DNA of 63,801 bases, the filler included, from Octopus bimaculoides (taxonomy: Eukaryota): assembly GCF_001194135.2 (NCBI RefSeq). It is 9 parts of 8 records of this genome, joined end to end, with 100 filler letters (N's around TTAATTAATTAA, not from the genome) between each part and the next. Parts side by side here need not be neighbours in the genome. Positions count along the whole stretch, not along the records: positions 1 to 17,621 come from NC_068995.1; positions 17,722 to 30,402 come from NC_068992.1; 7 more parts are not named here. One strand, written 5' to 3'. The notes beneath the pieces are model-generated. The model was not told the origin of the DNA. It saw only the letters and a list, made by a program, of their open reading frames with translations, and made no database searches. The translations under genes were made by a program, and so were the position numbers. How positions within the stretch are numbered: the stretch's first letter is position 1; each line of letters begins with the position of its first letter. Of this stretch, positions 15,205-27,463 are shown piece after piece.

Positions 15205-15450
15205 TAGGTGAGAGGACAGTTAGACGGTAGCTAAGTAGATCTCTGAAATGAAGTTTTAATGGTTATGGGAGGGTGTGTTGGAGGATAGATGAGTCAGTCG
15301 CTCAGCTAAATATCTAAGGTTAGTTATGTGATGGGAGGACTGACGGAGGATACATCAGTAGGTCATTGAGCTAAAAGTCTAATACTAGTTATGTAGTGGG
15401 GGGACTATTAGACGATAGATCAGTCGGTTACTGAGTTAAATGTCCCTGAA
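15205..15450. repeat. Degenerate minisatellite, 3-4 units of about 61-65 bp
   Basis: Units start GTTATG at 15262, 15323 and 15388 and share GG[A/G]GGAC, GATA[G/C]AT[C/G]AGT and [C/G]AG[C/T]TAAA. Confidence 0.7.
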
Positions 15451-17064
15451 ATATTTGGACATGTGCCTAGAAATCCTTATTACTATCCAAGGAACAAAAA
15501 AAAGATGACCGAAGCAGTTAATGGTGTCTAACTGGATGCAATGCAGTCAGTATATGTTGTCGTCTCTCTTCCTCCCACTATGTAGTAACCAACAGACTGG
15601 AGTCCATTCAGTCGATTATATATCATTTCTATAAAAGATTGACTTCATGGCTAGCCAAAACAATCATATTCTTCAATACTCTGACATTGAAGTCTTTTGG
15701 CATTTATTCCATCTTGGTTCACTTCACCGCATCAGCTCAGCAGGATTTTTTTTCATTCAGTTTCTTTTTCTATAGATTTGATATTTTTGCATATTATTTT
15801 GCATTACTTTTGTCGCTTTTACAAAGTTTTAGTCGGATATGACGTATGGCGTGTATATGTGTGTATGTTGGTGGGTGGGTATGTTTGAGTATGTGTGTGT
15901 ATGTGTGTGTGTGTGCGTGTGTGTTTAATTCAGTGTATTCTTTCAATTTTTGGGTTATAAGGTATCTATCGATTCAAAACAAAAACATTCGCACATAATA
16001 CGTTCACTCATAAAACAACTGATTTGCATAAATTTATATTCATTTACACATNNNNNNNNNNNNNNNNNNNNNNNNNNNNNNNNNNNNNNNNNNNNNNNNN
16101 NNNNNNNNNNNNNNNNNNNNNNNNNNNNNNNNNNNNNNNNNNNNNNNNNNNNNNNNNNTATATATATATATACATACACACACACACACATATATATATA
16201 TGCGCCATACCAAGCAGGACTATCCACCACAACCTCCACCTCATGCGCTACAGTTTTCCGCGGTTGGAACTATATATGCGCATGCGCGTGTATGCATGTA
16301 TATGTAATATATATTATGTATGTAGATATGTGTGTGTGTGTGTGTGTGTGCGTATTATATATATGCTGGACACAAACGCAAACATAGATACCACACACAT
16401 CCACAGGTTTGTACATCCATGCACACACTCATATATGATAGGCTATCGTCTATCGTATATGAGTGGAGACATTAAAATTTATTCGCTATGGAACGTAGTG
16501 TGAAGTGAGTTCGTACTTTGTACAGCAACAAACACAGACATATTTCGGTTATATGTTACCCCAAGAGTGAAGAACAGTATAAGTTGTAGATCTTAGAATA
16601 ACTTGAGAGGTGTATAGAATGTTTTGTGAATGAACAGAGTGCAGTGTATTAAATTAAAAGAATGCTCCAGAAAATACCCAAATACGTAGTCAAAACCCTA
16701 GATTTTTAAATATATGTAACGTATTGAAAATGGCAAAACGAGTAACCGCACATATATTACGTAGAGTGTTTTTAATACGACAACCCTGCTCTCAAGCTGT
16801 TTCAATAGCTACATACTTGAACCAGTGCTTTTTCTCCTAATAGTTACCTTCGAAACTATAAACCAACTCAGAGATGATGAAAAATCAACGCCATACATTT
16901 TTGCAGTAATATGCCGATCAATTCAATCAGTAAGTTTTCAACCCCGGTAAATATGATGTTCTTGTAATTAGACGTTGTTTTTCATGAAGCCATGTACAAT
17001 TCTAACAATAAATATGTATATAAACTACCACCATATCTTGTCGTAACTATCCGCTACAGGCTTA

Positions 17065-17210
17065 AAAGGAATACGAAAGGTGGCATGATAACGTAGCTAA
17101 GTATGTTCATTAGAGATTGTGTGAGAAGTACAGTCTTGAAAGGACATTGAAATGACACGAGCATAATAAGCTAGAAGGTGCCAAAGAAAATACTTAATTC
17201 TTTCACTGCC
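17065..17210 (+). mobile_element. R4/Dong-like C-terminal fragment
   Basis: KEYERWHDNVAKYVH*RLCEKYSLERT, homologous to the element at 268-1170. Confidence 0.8.
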
Positions 17211-17309
17211 ACAAGGGCTCCATAAGGCTGCATAAAGAGACAAAGACAGGACGATGAAAAGCGTGTAAACAAAAAATATCATGGAAAATTAAATAAATAA
17301 AACTCCCAA

Positions 17310-17600
17310 TAGGGAGAGGCGTTTTAAGGCTACTCGTGGAAAGCCGCACAAAAGCCACAGGTGCCTGACCAACAGGGCAAGAGCCCTTCTCCTTTTATTT
17401 TTCACAGGCGCATGCTCAAAATGGGTCCTTTCACACTGGCCATTTTCCCGACATTCACCCACCTTTCAACAAATTTGCTAGAAGACAACACTTCCCTCTC
17501 CACCCTCACTTTCCTTTTCAAGTGAAACTTGAAAAAATTTATGAGGCCTTAGCCAAAGAGGAAAGTGTCTGTCTTTAGCTCTTTCAAACACTACCTCTTT
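17310..17600 (-). mobile_element. LINE 3' coding relic, L1/Tx1-like
   Basis: The minus strand reads LINFFKFHLKRKVRVEREVLSSSKFVERWVNVGKMASVKGPILSMRL*; homologous to 1255-1570. Confidence 0.55.
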
Positions 17601-17721
17601 CGCTACAGCCAGCAGACAAATNNNNNNNNNNNNNNNNNNNNNNNNNNNNNNNNNNNNNNNNNNNNTTAATTAATTAANNNNNNNNNNNNNNNNNNNNNNN
17701 NNNNNNNNNNNNNNNNNNNNN

Positions 17722-17753
<32 letters not shown>

Positions 17754-19010
17754 TATATGTATGTATGCATGTATGTATATTTGTGCATATATATAGGTAT
17801 ATATAAACAATGTATGCATGTATGCATGTATGTATGTATTTATGGTTGTATGTGTGCAGAAATTTTGTAGTGTGTTTGGAAGGAACAAGGGACAGAGCAA
17901 CACATAACGGACAAATTCTAATAGATAATGTTTTAACAGAAAGCTTCTGACATAAAAGACACCATGTCTAAAAGTTTACAACACACGTCTTCGAACAGCA
18001 GAAAGAGAAAAGTGTATATGGAATCTTTACATCAAAGTAAAGAGATAAAATAAAGTGGGAGACGGTGGAGTGAGAGAAAGAGGGAGAAACAAGAAAATAG
18101 GGACTTCTCTAAAGATGAAGGGCAGAGCAAAGAGCAATAACAGGGATATGATATTATTTAGGCCGTATTATAATGTAGATTTCAAAGTGCGTATATATAT
18201 ATATATATATNNNNNNNNNNNNNNNNNNNNNNNNNNNNNNNNNNNNNNNNNNNNNNNNNNNNNNNNNNNNNNNNNNNNNNNNNNNNNNNNNNNNNNNNNN
18301 NNNNNNNNNNNNNNNNNNNNNNNNNNNNNNNNNNNNNNNNNNNNNNNNNNNNNNNNNNNNNNNNNNNNNNNNNNNNNNNNNNNNNNNNNNNNNNNNNNNN
18401 NNNNNNNNNNNNNNNNNNNNNNNNNNNNNNNNNNNNNNNNNNNNNNNNNNNNNNNNNNNNNNNNNNNNNNNNNNNNNNNNNNNNNNNNNNNNNNNNNNNN
18501 NNNNNNNNNNNNNNNNNNNNNNNNNNNNNNNNNNNNNNNNNNNNNNNNNNNNNNNNNNNNNNNNNNNNNNNNNNNNNNNNNNNNNNNNNNNNNNNNNNNN
18601 NNNNNNNNNNNNNNNNNNNNNNNNNNNNNNNNNNNNNNNNNNNNNNNNNNNNNNNNNNNNNNNNNNNNNNNNNNNNNNNNNNNNNNNNNNNNNNNNNNNN
18701 NNNNNNNNNNNNNNNNNNNNNNNNNNNNNNNNNNNNNNNNNNNNNNNNNNNNNNNNNNNNNNNNNNNNNNNNNNNNNNNNNNNNNNNNNNNNNNNNNNNN
18801 NNNNNNNNNNNNNNNNNNNNNNNNNNNNNNNNNNNNNNNNNNNNNNNNNNNNNNNNNNNNNNNNNNNNNNNNNNNNNNNNNNNNNNNNNNNNNNNNNNNN
18901 NNNNNNNNNNNNNNNNNNNNNNNNNNNNNNNNNNNNNNNNNNNNNNNNNNNNNNNNNNNNNNNNNNNNNNNNNNNNNNNNNNNNNNNNNNNNNNNNNNNN
19001 NNNNNNNNNN

Positions 19011-19065
<55 letters not shown>

Positions 19066-19763
19066 AAATATGCGTGTGTATGTGTGTCCATGTATTCATG
19101 CATGTATATGTATTCATATAAAATATCTATACATATGTATTTACATGTTTGTTATGCACGCCTACAATGTATGTGTATGTGTATTTATACTTTCATACAT
19201 ACATATACGTATTTATATATTTATATCGAAATATATATTAAAACTTGCGCCATACACAAAGAAATAAACTCATGCGATAACACAACCAAATTTTATGCAT
19301 ATGATTCAAGATATATAATAGCGGCAATGCTGGAATATATTGGAAACAATATGGAAGCCATTTATAGTTCATAACTTTCTCGTAAAATTCTGTATCCCTA
19401 TTCGAAACAGATAATCAACAACATCGATTCTAGATATTGTATAAACTCACTTTATTATCTAAGTTTATAAACTCGATGTTTAGTATGTTGTACGGTCACG
19501 CCTTCCCTTAGTTTCTATGCATCCATCTGCAAATTTAGCAGAAATATTATTTATCTAGTTTCGAAACTAAATTATCAGAACGTATTACTGTGATGTGTAT
19601 AGAAGAATTTATATTTGTTTTAAACTTATGATCCAAGTGTTATTAGTAGCATTCACATTCGAGGGAATACTGACATTGATATAACGCAACTTAAATATAC
19701 TTGCGTAGTTCAAGACAGTTATGTAACTTGTGTCTTTAAAATCTATAGGAACTCACTATAACT

Positions 19764-20069
19764 CTGTTGTTTGAATAAATGGGGATAAGTAATTTTAACC
19801 GATGAATTAAGATCTTAATGTACTCGTATATAAATCTATATCTTTCAGCTATTGTAAGTAATCACTAATTTTGCGGACTGTCTATTGGATATGTATGTAT
19901 GAGATTCTCCACAGCAGATAGGCTTAAACATGTGTTGTGTGGGGGAATAAGTAATGAACATAAGTAAAACTGTGGTGGTCAAATAGATGGGGATAAGTTA
20001 TTTTATCCGATGAATTAATATCTTAAAGTACTCCTCTATAAATCTATATATTTCAGCTTTGTAAGTAAT
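19764..20069. repeat. Local direct duplication of about 100 bp (19764-19862 and 19970-20069)
   Basis: Both copies contain ATGGGGATAAGT, CCGATGAATTAA, TAAATCTATAT, TTTCAGCT and GTAAGTAAT. Confidence 0.85.
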
Positions 20070-21266
20070 TTTGTGAGAGTGGGCTGTATATTGTTCATGT
20101 TTCTAGAGGATATTTGCATCACAAATGATGAAATAATGTCTCCAGAAGCTAACTCAAGCGTATAGCACATTCTCCCTCATTGAATTAAACATTTATTACT
20201 TTTATACGTACAATGCTTCGTGGTTCAATAAACATGGCAAGACATTAATAGAAGTGAATTTTCTTGACCAGATTATGGGAAGCTTACCATTAGACTTTTG
20301 GTCTCTTTTTGATAAGGTACAAGGGCTAAATTTTATAGAGGGAAGCTATGGCATACAGTGATTTTCATGTCATTTTCGCATGTTATCTTAGTGTAAATGA
20401 GGTGAAGCATCTGCAACGAATGCATTAAGCTAAGTATAACAATAAACGACCCCCAATAAAAATCCCTGAATTGCCTTGACAGATATCTCTACGTGTTGCA
20501 ACAACAAAAACTTATGGTAGCTATCTGAAGGAATTACATTAATAGGAAGAAGAACTCAAGCACAATGGAAAGAGAATCCATACACAATTAGAATATAATT
20601 CTATTTACTAGCTGTAGAGCAAATGTAAAGAGATGAAAGAAGCCTATGTGTGTAATTGATAAAACAGTTAATGTAATTTTTTAAAGGGAATAACAACATA
20701 ATAAATGCATTGATTAACACAACTGTGTATCCATGAAAATATCTGAGATACTGAAAGAATAATAATAGAATATTCAAAGCAGAATATGAATGATTAGAAG
20801 AATATACGACTTGGGGACATTTATTGCAAGATACAGGCATTAGTATCGGATCTTATAATATGAAACAGTTTGTCATAGGCGAAATGCATTCATCAAACAG
20901 CGAATTACTATTGTTGTTCCTCTTTCATTGACAAACACACCAACTCTTATACACAGAATCTGCATAGGAGGTAGCTACGCGGGCGATGGAAATGAGTGAA
21001 TGTTTTTGATTTTACTATATCATTTGTACCATGAAATTATGATATTTCAGTGTCACAGACACACAAAATAACGCTTTTGCCTCAAAGAAATGACTACCAT
21101 TTGCATGCAACTAAAAGAAATCCAAGCCTGGATATGAACCAAAACATGAAACTTAGAAACGAGAGCGTTCTGCCTGATACCCAAACTTGCTCTCTTGTCT
21201 CTAAATTCTTGTACCAATAGGAATGTCGCTAAGAAATATAGTGTTATATTAGCTATGAAGGATTAC

Positions 21267-21357
21267 CAGAAGAATGTTAATAACTCATCATGCTCTGTGT
21301 TGCTATGTGATGTATTCCAGCCTGTTAAATAATCACCATTCATGAATGGATTCGAGC
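21267..21357 (-). CDS. Possible internal exon of an unidentified gene
   Basis: A long polypyrimidine tract lies upstream on the minus strand, then AG, an open frame SNPFMNGDYLTGWNTSHSNTEHDELLTFF and a TG|GTAATC donor. No homology recognised. Confidence 0.2.
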
Positions 21358-22425
21358 CTACGTTCTTCCACAGAAAGGAACACGGAAACAAACATGGAGA
21401 GAAAATAAAGAGAGAGAAAAAGAAGAATGTATAGTGGCTAACGAGGTTGCAAATAACCGTTTAAGGGATAAAAGCATCCAAAATATTACCGGTATGTTAC
21501 CTATATTTAAACATGGGCAAACATATGCTCTTAAATTATAGGTAACGACAGGGATAAACAGCAGTTTATCAGGAATCAATATTTAAAGAAAATAGAAAAT
21601 GGAGATAACATTGATGAACAACAATTTATTTACATCATTATTTATTAATAATTTACAAAAAGAGTGCATCCTATCTAACAGCTGTTTCTGTTGCCAATAT
21701 TCTTTTGTGGTCTTGATGAAGAGGGTGGCGGGAGGTCGAAGGATAAAAAAATGTAATATATATATATATATATATATATATAATGTTAATTCTCTATATG
21801 AAGTATTAACAGTAACTGCACGATAAAGTGTAGTATATTGCCACTTAAGTGTGGCTGACCCCTAGGGGTGGATGTTACTGTTGCTTTTAGCCCCAGGAGG
21901 ACATCTCCTCCAGCTGGCTTATCGACACACGACTGTGTCCTGTTTGCCAAGGGAGTTATCCCTCTCACGTGAGAGGGATAACTCCCTNNNNNNNNNNNNN
22001 NNNNNNNNNNNNNNNNNNNNNNNNNNNNNNNNNNNNNNNNNNNNNNNNNNNNNNNNNNNNNNNNNNNNNNNNNNNNNNNNNNNNNNNNNNNNNNNNNNNN
22101 NNNNNTATATATATATATATATATATATATATGTTCCTGTTGACATTCGTCAATGTCGCATACACAATCAACTGGATGAAAGTTTTATTCAGAGAAACAA
22201 AATCGTGCATTTCGTAGAAAATCTGAATTAACAGTTATTTCTACATTAAATTAGATAAAAATATCTACCTATACCAATCAAATGTAATTCGTAAACCTGA
22301 CTCTCCGTAAGCTTGTCACTATATAAATCAACGGTTTCGTTGCATATAATAATTTTAAATGTTATTTTCTTACTTTGGGGATACTACACATTACCAAGTA
22401 CCATATGCAGCTATACAAATATAAA

Positions 22426-23165
22426 CAGTCTTCGTGCTACATTTGACAGTTTGCATAAAAGGAAAAGAAAACACAATCCACCATACAAAAATAATAGTAT
22501 TAAAAAAATATCAAGTAAATTATGGCTAAGAGATAGAAGTCAACCCAACGACGGTCTCAAGACTGTTCCGGAACCTGGCTCATGAGCTCCACTCATTGTT
22601 TCAATAAAGATCTTCGAACACCTCCTTAATCTTGACCGCAAAGTCGGCCTTGGTTTTGCAGACAGAACGGTTGGTGCTTTTTGAAACCGAGCTCCACAAA
22701 CAGTAATCCAATCGAGAGGATTAGGATACCAGAAATTAGGACTGGTGTTAGGACTGGTATAGTCGTGGAAATTCTTCAGTCAGTAGCATCTCTTTGCAGT
22801 CAGAGTTTGACTATGGTCTCCAGCAAATTCACATAACTGTCTCCATTAAGCCTAAAGCTCTGTTCAAAGATGAGATGATGAGTTCCAGCTTGCAGATGTA
22901 GTCTAAACGTCTGCTGTGTCTTTTCGTACTGGCCACGGCTCCGTAGTCTTCGTTGCAGCTGTCCATGTCACATCTTTCAGCTTTTACAGTGTTCACAGAA
23001 CATTGGGTCGGCATTCATACAATCGTCATGATACATGTACTTTTGTTTCAATATTTAGTTGATTTCAGTCCTCCATATCAGCTAACATTTTCACAACAAC
23101 AACTTTAGTCATTTTGCTCTCAACACCAATGGCTGTTCGCCGATACATCAAGCTGTTCCTGAAAA
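22426..23165 (-). mobile_element. Tc1/mariner (maT/DD37D-like) transposon relic, internally deleted
   Basis: Minus-strand fragments: CNEDYGAVASTKRHSRRLDYI, IFEQSFRLNGDSYVNLLETIVKL, a W.PNPLD motif, KSTNRSVCKTKADFAVKIKEVFEDL and ARFRNSLETVV. A TIR-like 3' end lies near 22426. Confidence 0.8.
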
Positions 23166-24476
23166 CATGAGACATAGGAAATCGTCCAATTTAGCCCAAA
23201 CACGATGTAATCTGAAGCGAACATACGTCTATATTTGTTGAGAGACGACAATACATATTTATAGGTAAATTATGTAACTGATTCATAACCAAAGACAATC
23301 AGTCTGAAGGATATATTCTCGCTCAGATTTCGACTTCTATAGCAACTCTCAAGAATAAGCCTTTATCTGTTACTGGAAAGAGATAAGTAATCAGATACTC
23401 AATTTTGATCGATGAAAATATTAAATATCGGGAATAGAAAAATTCTCGGAGTCGTTTTTACAAATATATGCAAAAATTTTATTAATATTCAAGGAAAAAA
23501 GAAATATAATATTTCTTAAATTATAAAACGTTTAAATTACTTCCCAAACAACTTCCTTTTTAGTCAATTCAATGATATATTTTCCTTACGATATTGACAT
23601 AACAGCCAAGCTAAAAACGTTTGACGATTCTTTGAATTCTTTATATCGTATCGATCTGTTGAAAAAGAAATTCATTTCAATGCCAAAATTATGTAAACTG
23701 TTAAAAAGAATATATTGAATATAATTAAAGAATCGAATTCGTTTTTAATATGCGATGCCAACATAACGTAAACATGTGAATAACGATAATCCCAAACTGA
23801 ATATCTATAAATATGATATAATGAAGGTTTGATTCCTTCCAGAGATGACAAGCATTAAACATCTATTAATTCCTGGTGTAAATTCTTGTTGTTGGATTCA
23901 ATATATCATGTTATCAGTCGCAGAGTTGGGGATATATATTTTTATACTCACTGCACTGCGTTTGTGGACAAGGTATTTAGTCCGGCCTTTTCACGTTGTC
24001 AATGTATTAATAGCCATCTTAGGTATGTTTAGATATATTTTATACTTCTCACTATAACATCCACAGCATAATCAATAAAGGGACCAATAAAATACTTCTA
24101 AAGGTTGCATGATACTTTAGAAAGAGATCTTAGGGTTAATAAAAAAAATAACGCATTGGACGATGTATTTCTAAGTATATAGTATTATTGGATATTTACA
24201 GTTGGAATACGGTCGATCATAACTCCACTCGATGAATGCGGATCTGGGTCTCAGCGGTCCGTCTGATCCAAAGTAAAATTAAGTTAATATCATAAACACT
24301 ACATATTCTAATATGTAGTGTTTATGTTCAGTCTACATTCTAAGTGCTCATATGCAGTAGAACATAGTGTATTTGTAGTAAGTATTTGGATAACCTACTT
24401 GTGATCACATTTATTCTAATATTTTAAAACAAACTTGAGTATTATTATTATGAAATATTGAAAATCTTATGAATAC

Positions 24477-24957
24477 GAGCAGGTGAGTTTATGTGGTAAG
24501 AAGCTTTCTCCCAAACCACATACTTCTGGGATCAGTCCCCCCGTGTGATACATTGGGCAAATGTCTTCTACTATAGCCTCGGGACGATCAAAGACTTGTT
24601 AGTGGATTTGGTTGTTGGAAACTGAAAGAAGCCTGGAGTATATATATATATATGTGTGTGTGTGTATGTGTGTGTGTGTGTGCGCGTGTGTGTGTGTGTG
24701 CTTGTATGTGTATGTGTGTGTCTGTGTCTGTGTCTGTCCTCCTGACATCCTTTGACAACGGATGCTGGCATGTTTACATCACCGTAATTAGCGGATCGGC
24801 AAAAGAGACCGTTACAGGAAGTAGTAGACTTACAAAGAACAAGTTCTTCGCTCGATGTTTTCGACTAGAATATGCTTTTTGGGTGGTAATCCAGCATGGC
24901 AGCAGCGAAATGACTGATGCAATTAACAGAATAACAGAATAAAAGAATAAAAGAATA
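24477..24957 (+). mobile_element. SINE family B, full length
   Basis: Head GAGCAGGTGAGTTTATGTGGTAAGAAG, TTGGGCAAATGTCTTCTACTATAGCCTCGGG, internal (TG)n and an (AAAAGAAT)n-like tail. Confidence 0.9.
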
Positions 24958-25049
24958 TTAGTTTTCTAAAATTGTTGGCGTTATATATACACTAGGAAAA
25001 GAAGAAAAAAAGGCAACGAAGGAGAAATTATTCCGAAAGGAGTTTTGAT

Positions 25050-25500
25050 AACATTGAGACATTGAGCACGTGTGCAAATTAATAATGCTCACCATACACA
25101 GCATGCAAATACTCTTCCTATCAGTGTTCTGTTTAAACCATAAATGTATCTGTATTACAAGTACCGAGATGTTCTAATCCTACATTTTTCTACTGTTTGA
25201 ATCCACCTACCTTCACTCCATAGGTAATGTGTCGTAAATCGCGAAATTCTTTTCATTAAACTGTATCAGTCGAACAAAATAACAGCTCTGGCTATTGTTG
25301 TTACCAACTTCAGTGTTCACCTTATATCCAGCAAACTGTTCAGGCAGTCTGTCTACTTCAAATTATTTATACACATGACTTTTTGCCCCGTCCTTTTCGC
25401 AACGGAATGTTTCTCTTATGGCAACCTCCAATCTATGCTCTGTACATCTAGCGCATCAAAAGTCAAACAAAAATCGACATCAGCCACATATGTAATCACA
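25050..25500 (-). mobile_element. Degraded CR1-like RT relic
   Basis: Minus-strand VITYVADVDFCLTFDAL resembles VIYLDFCKAFDSV, and LIQFNEKN resembles MQFNAEKF (compare 62206-62425). Confidence 0.35.
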
Positions 25501-25831
25501 GCGTGACTGCTGTTCTCCCAAATTACTAAAAAAAGAAAATTGAAATGGAAACAACCGGGTGACCTATAATATTACATTACAGTACATTTTGTTTTCATTA
25601 GATGTGATTTTAAAGAAAAGGTTTTTGCCATCACGTTTCCTTGTAATCATGTGTTGCAAACGTAAACTCTCTGACAAAGTCCCCACACCGGAGGACGCCA
25701 TCGAACTATATTTATACACTTTTTGAGAAGGACAGACATTATATAAACAGGACAATCATTAACACACCACTTTAAAGAGATGCACCTTTATAGTTTGATG
25801 GTTACCTAATTATATAAATTTCCTTCAATAT

Positions 25832-26065
25832 AATCTGGAACCGTGTGGTTGCGAAGCATTCTTCCTACCACACAGCGACGCGTGCGCCTATATCTACACC
25901 TGCGCCTATATCCATGTCTTCACATATGGCCACACCTACGCCTATATCCCTCCTATAATATATATAAATATAAACACGTACGGAGTATGCTTCGCGTTGC
26001 GTTTTTATTAGAATACATATAAAGAAATAAATGTTTAAGCGAAAGAAAATTCACTGGTTAATAAA
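25832..26065. repeat. Left arm of a 234-bp inverted duplication
   Basis: Reverse complement of 27464-27697 with 4 mismatches and no indels, aligned by hand. Confidence 0.95.
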
Positions 26066-26252
26066 TTTGGCTCAAGGTTGACTGTTTAGTAGGGAACGGA
26101 CAAATCGATAATATCGACCCCAGTACTTGACTGCTACTCAGTTTATCCATCCCTGATGAATCAAATGCAAAGTCGGCGTCGTAAAGAGCCGGAAGAAATG
26201 CCACTAATCCTTTTGTCCGACGCACTAATGATTCTACCAGTTCACAACCTTG
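26066..26252 (-). mobile_element. SINE family A, diverged
   Basis: ATCGACCCCAGTACTTGACTG...GCAAAGTCG...GATTCTACCAGTTCACAACCTT. Confidence 0.75.
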
Positions 26253-26959
26253 AAGGATACTTGGAATATAAGATAGTCCACTCATCAGCAACTAATATTT
26301 TATTCAGTCCTAATGCATAGAAACTAAATCAATTAACGTGTTATTCCACTTTCAAGAATACTGAGTTGGATTTTCTGAAGGATTAACCACTATCTTTAGG
26401 ATGAAGTTTGACAATATAGTGTATCCTTCATTTAATCGAGCGGATACAGCCTAAAATATGAACTGTTCTTCAAACGCAATCTTTCCTTTCTCACCAAAAG
26501 TGCGGCTTACTCATGCAATCTTTCTGTCTACTTTTTCCCTACATACATGAACTTATAAATGCTTGAAATTAAATTTCACCGCTCAGAGCTTACAAGTTTG
26601 GAAACGTTCGCAAGGGAAATGAACACTGTTCTACTTCCTTGGCATAGATAATGGAAAACAAACATATGATTCCCCATGACGAGAGCCAAAAATCTTAATT
26701 TTGGTAAATAATATATTTTGGGAAATCTTATTTCCGTTCACTTTATTAACTAAATTGAAATCTGCGAAAGATGAAGGTATTTTATATTTTTTCACAAGCA
26801 AAGTGCTTAAATGTTAAGATGCCTTCTATTATAGATGTTTAATTTCTGATGTTTTTATTATATTCATATAATGCGTATTTCCAATATTGATATTTACTAA
26901 AAGTTTACGAAATCATCTTCTTAAGCTAAATTCGAACTTCAAGTAATAAATGTATGTAC

Positions 26960-27198
26960 ATAGAGGAGTGTCAGCTGGGGTTGCTAGAGTGTGCTCGACC
27001 GAGGACAATTCATGATCTTGAAGGAAGACCGCCCTCATCTCTATAAAGGCTTGTACAGCAAACCCAAACGCGTTCCATAAAAGCACCGCCAGTGGAGGAC
27101 CACCAGCGTTATCTCCCCCATGATCATAACCTCCTGTACCATAATGCCCGGTTCTTATCTTCGCTACAGCGATACCTTCGCGTAACACGGTTAATGAC
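26960..27198 (-). CDS. Candidate coding exon of unknown product
   Basis: A visibly GC-richer island in AT-rich flanks is open throughout in one minus-strand frame (SLTVLREGIAVAKIRTGHYGTGGYDHGGDNAGGPPLAVLLWNAFGFAVQAFIEMRAVFLQDHELSSVEHTLATPADTPL), while the other five frames contain stops. Acceptor TTTTTGATTTGAG; weak donor GTACAT. Confidence 0.45.
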
Positions 27199-27463
27199 CT
27201 CAAATCAAAAATAACGATTCCTTCATTCTATACCTCCTTGCATATAAAAATGGCTAACCTTAATGCACACGCACATGCACACCCACACACGTATACACAC
27301 ACATATAAATATTGGTAACCATTTAAAATACTCGTCTTTTAACCGCCCAATTTCGTATGGTCAGCTCCTTCCACTTTAAAGAAAATTTTATTTCCTTTTA
27401 AAAATCTGAAACTGTTGATTACTTTTTGCATAACAAATAATCACATCTAACTTATGCATAACG

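Noticed and set aside
17666-17677. TTAATTAATTAA recurring 8 times (17666, 30447, 36958, 39607, 41872, 59333, 60696, 62150)
   Set aside because: It always sits in the middle of N runs of about 45 on each side and gives stops in all six frames. It is an artificial scaffolding spacer, not a biological motif.
18055-19374. Long ORFs spanning N runs (also 31134-32273, 32826-33893, 44514-45088)
   Set aside because: They are open only because of assembly gaps and dinucleotide repeats.
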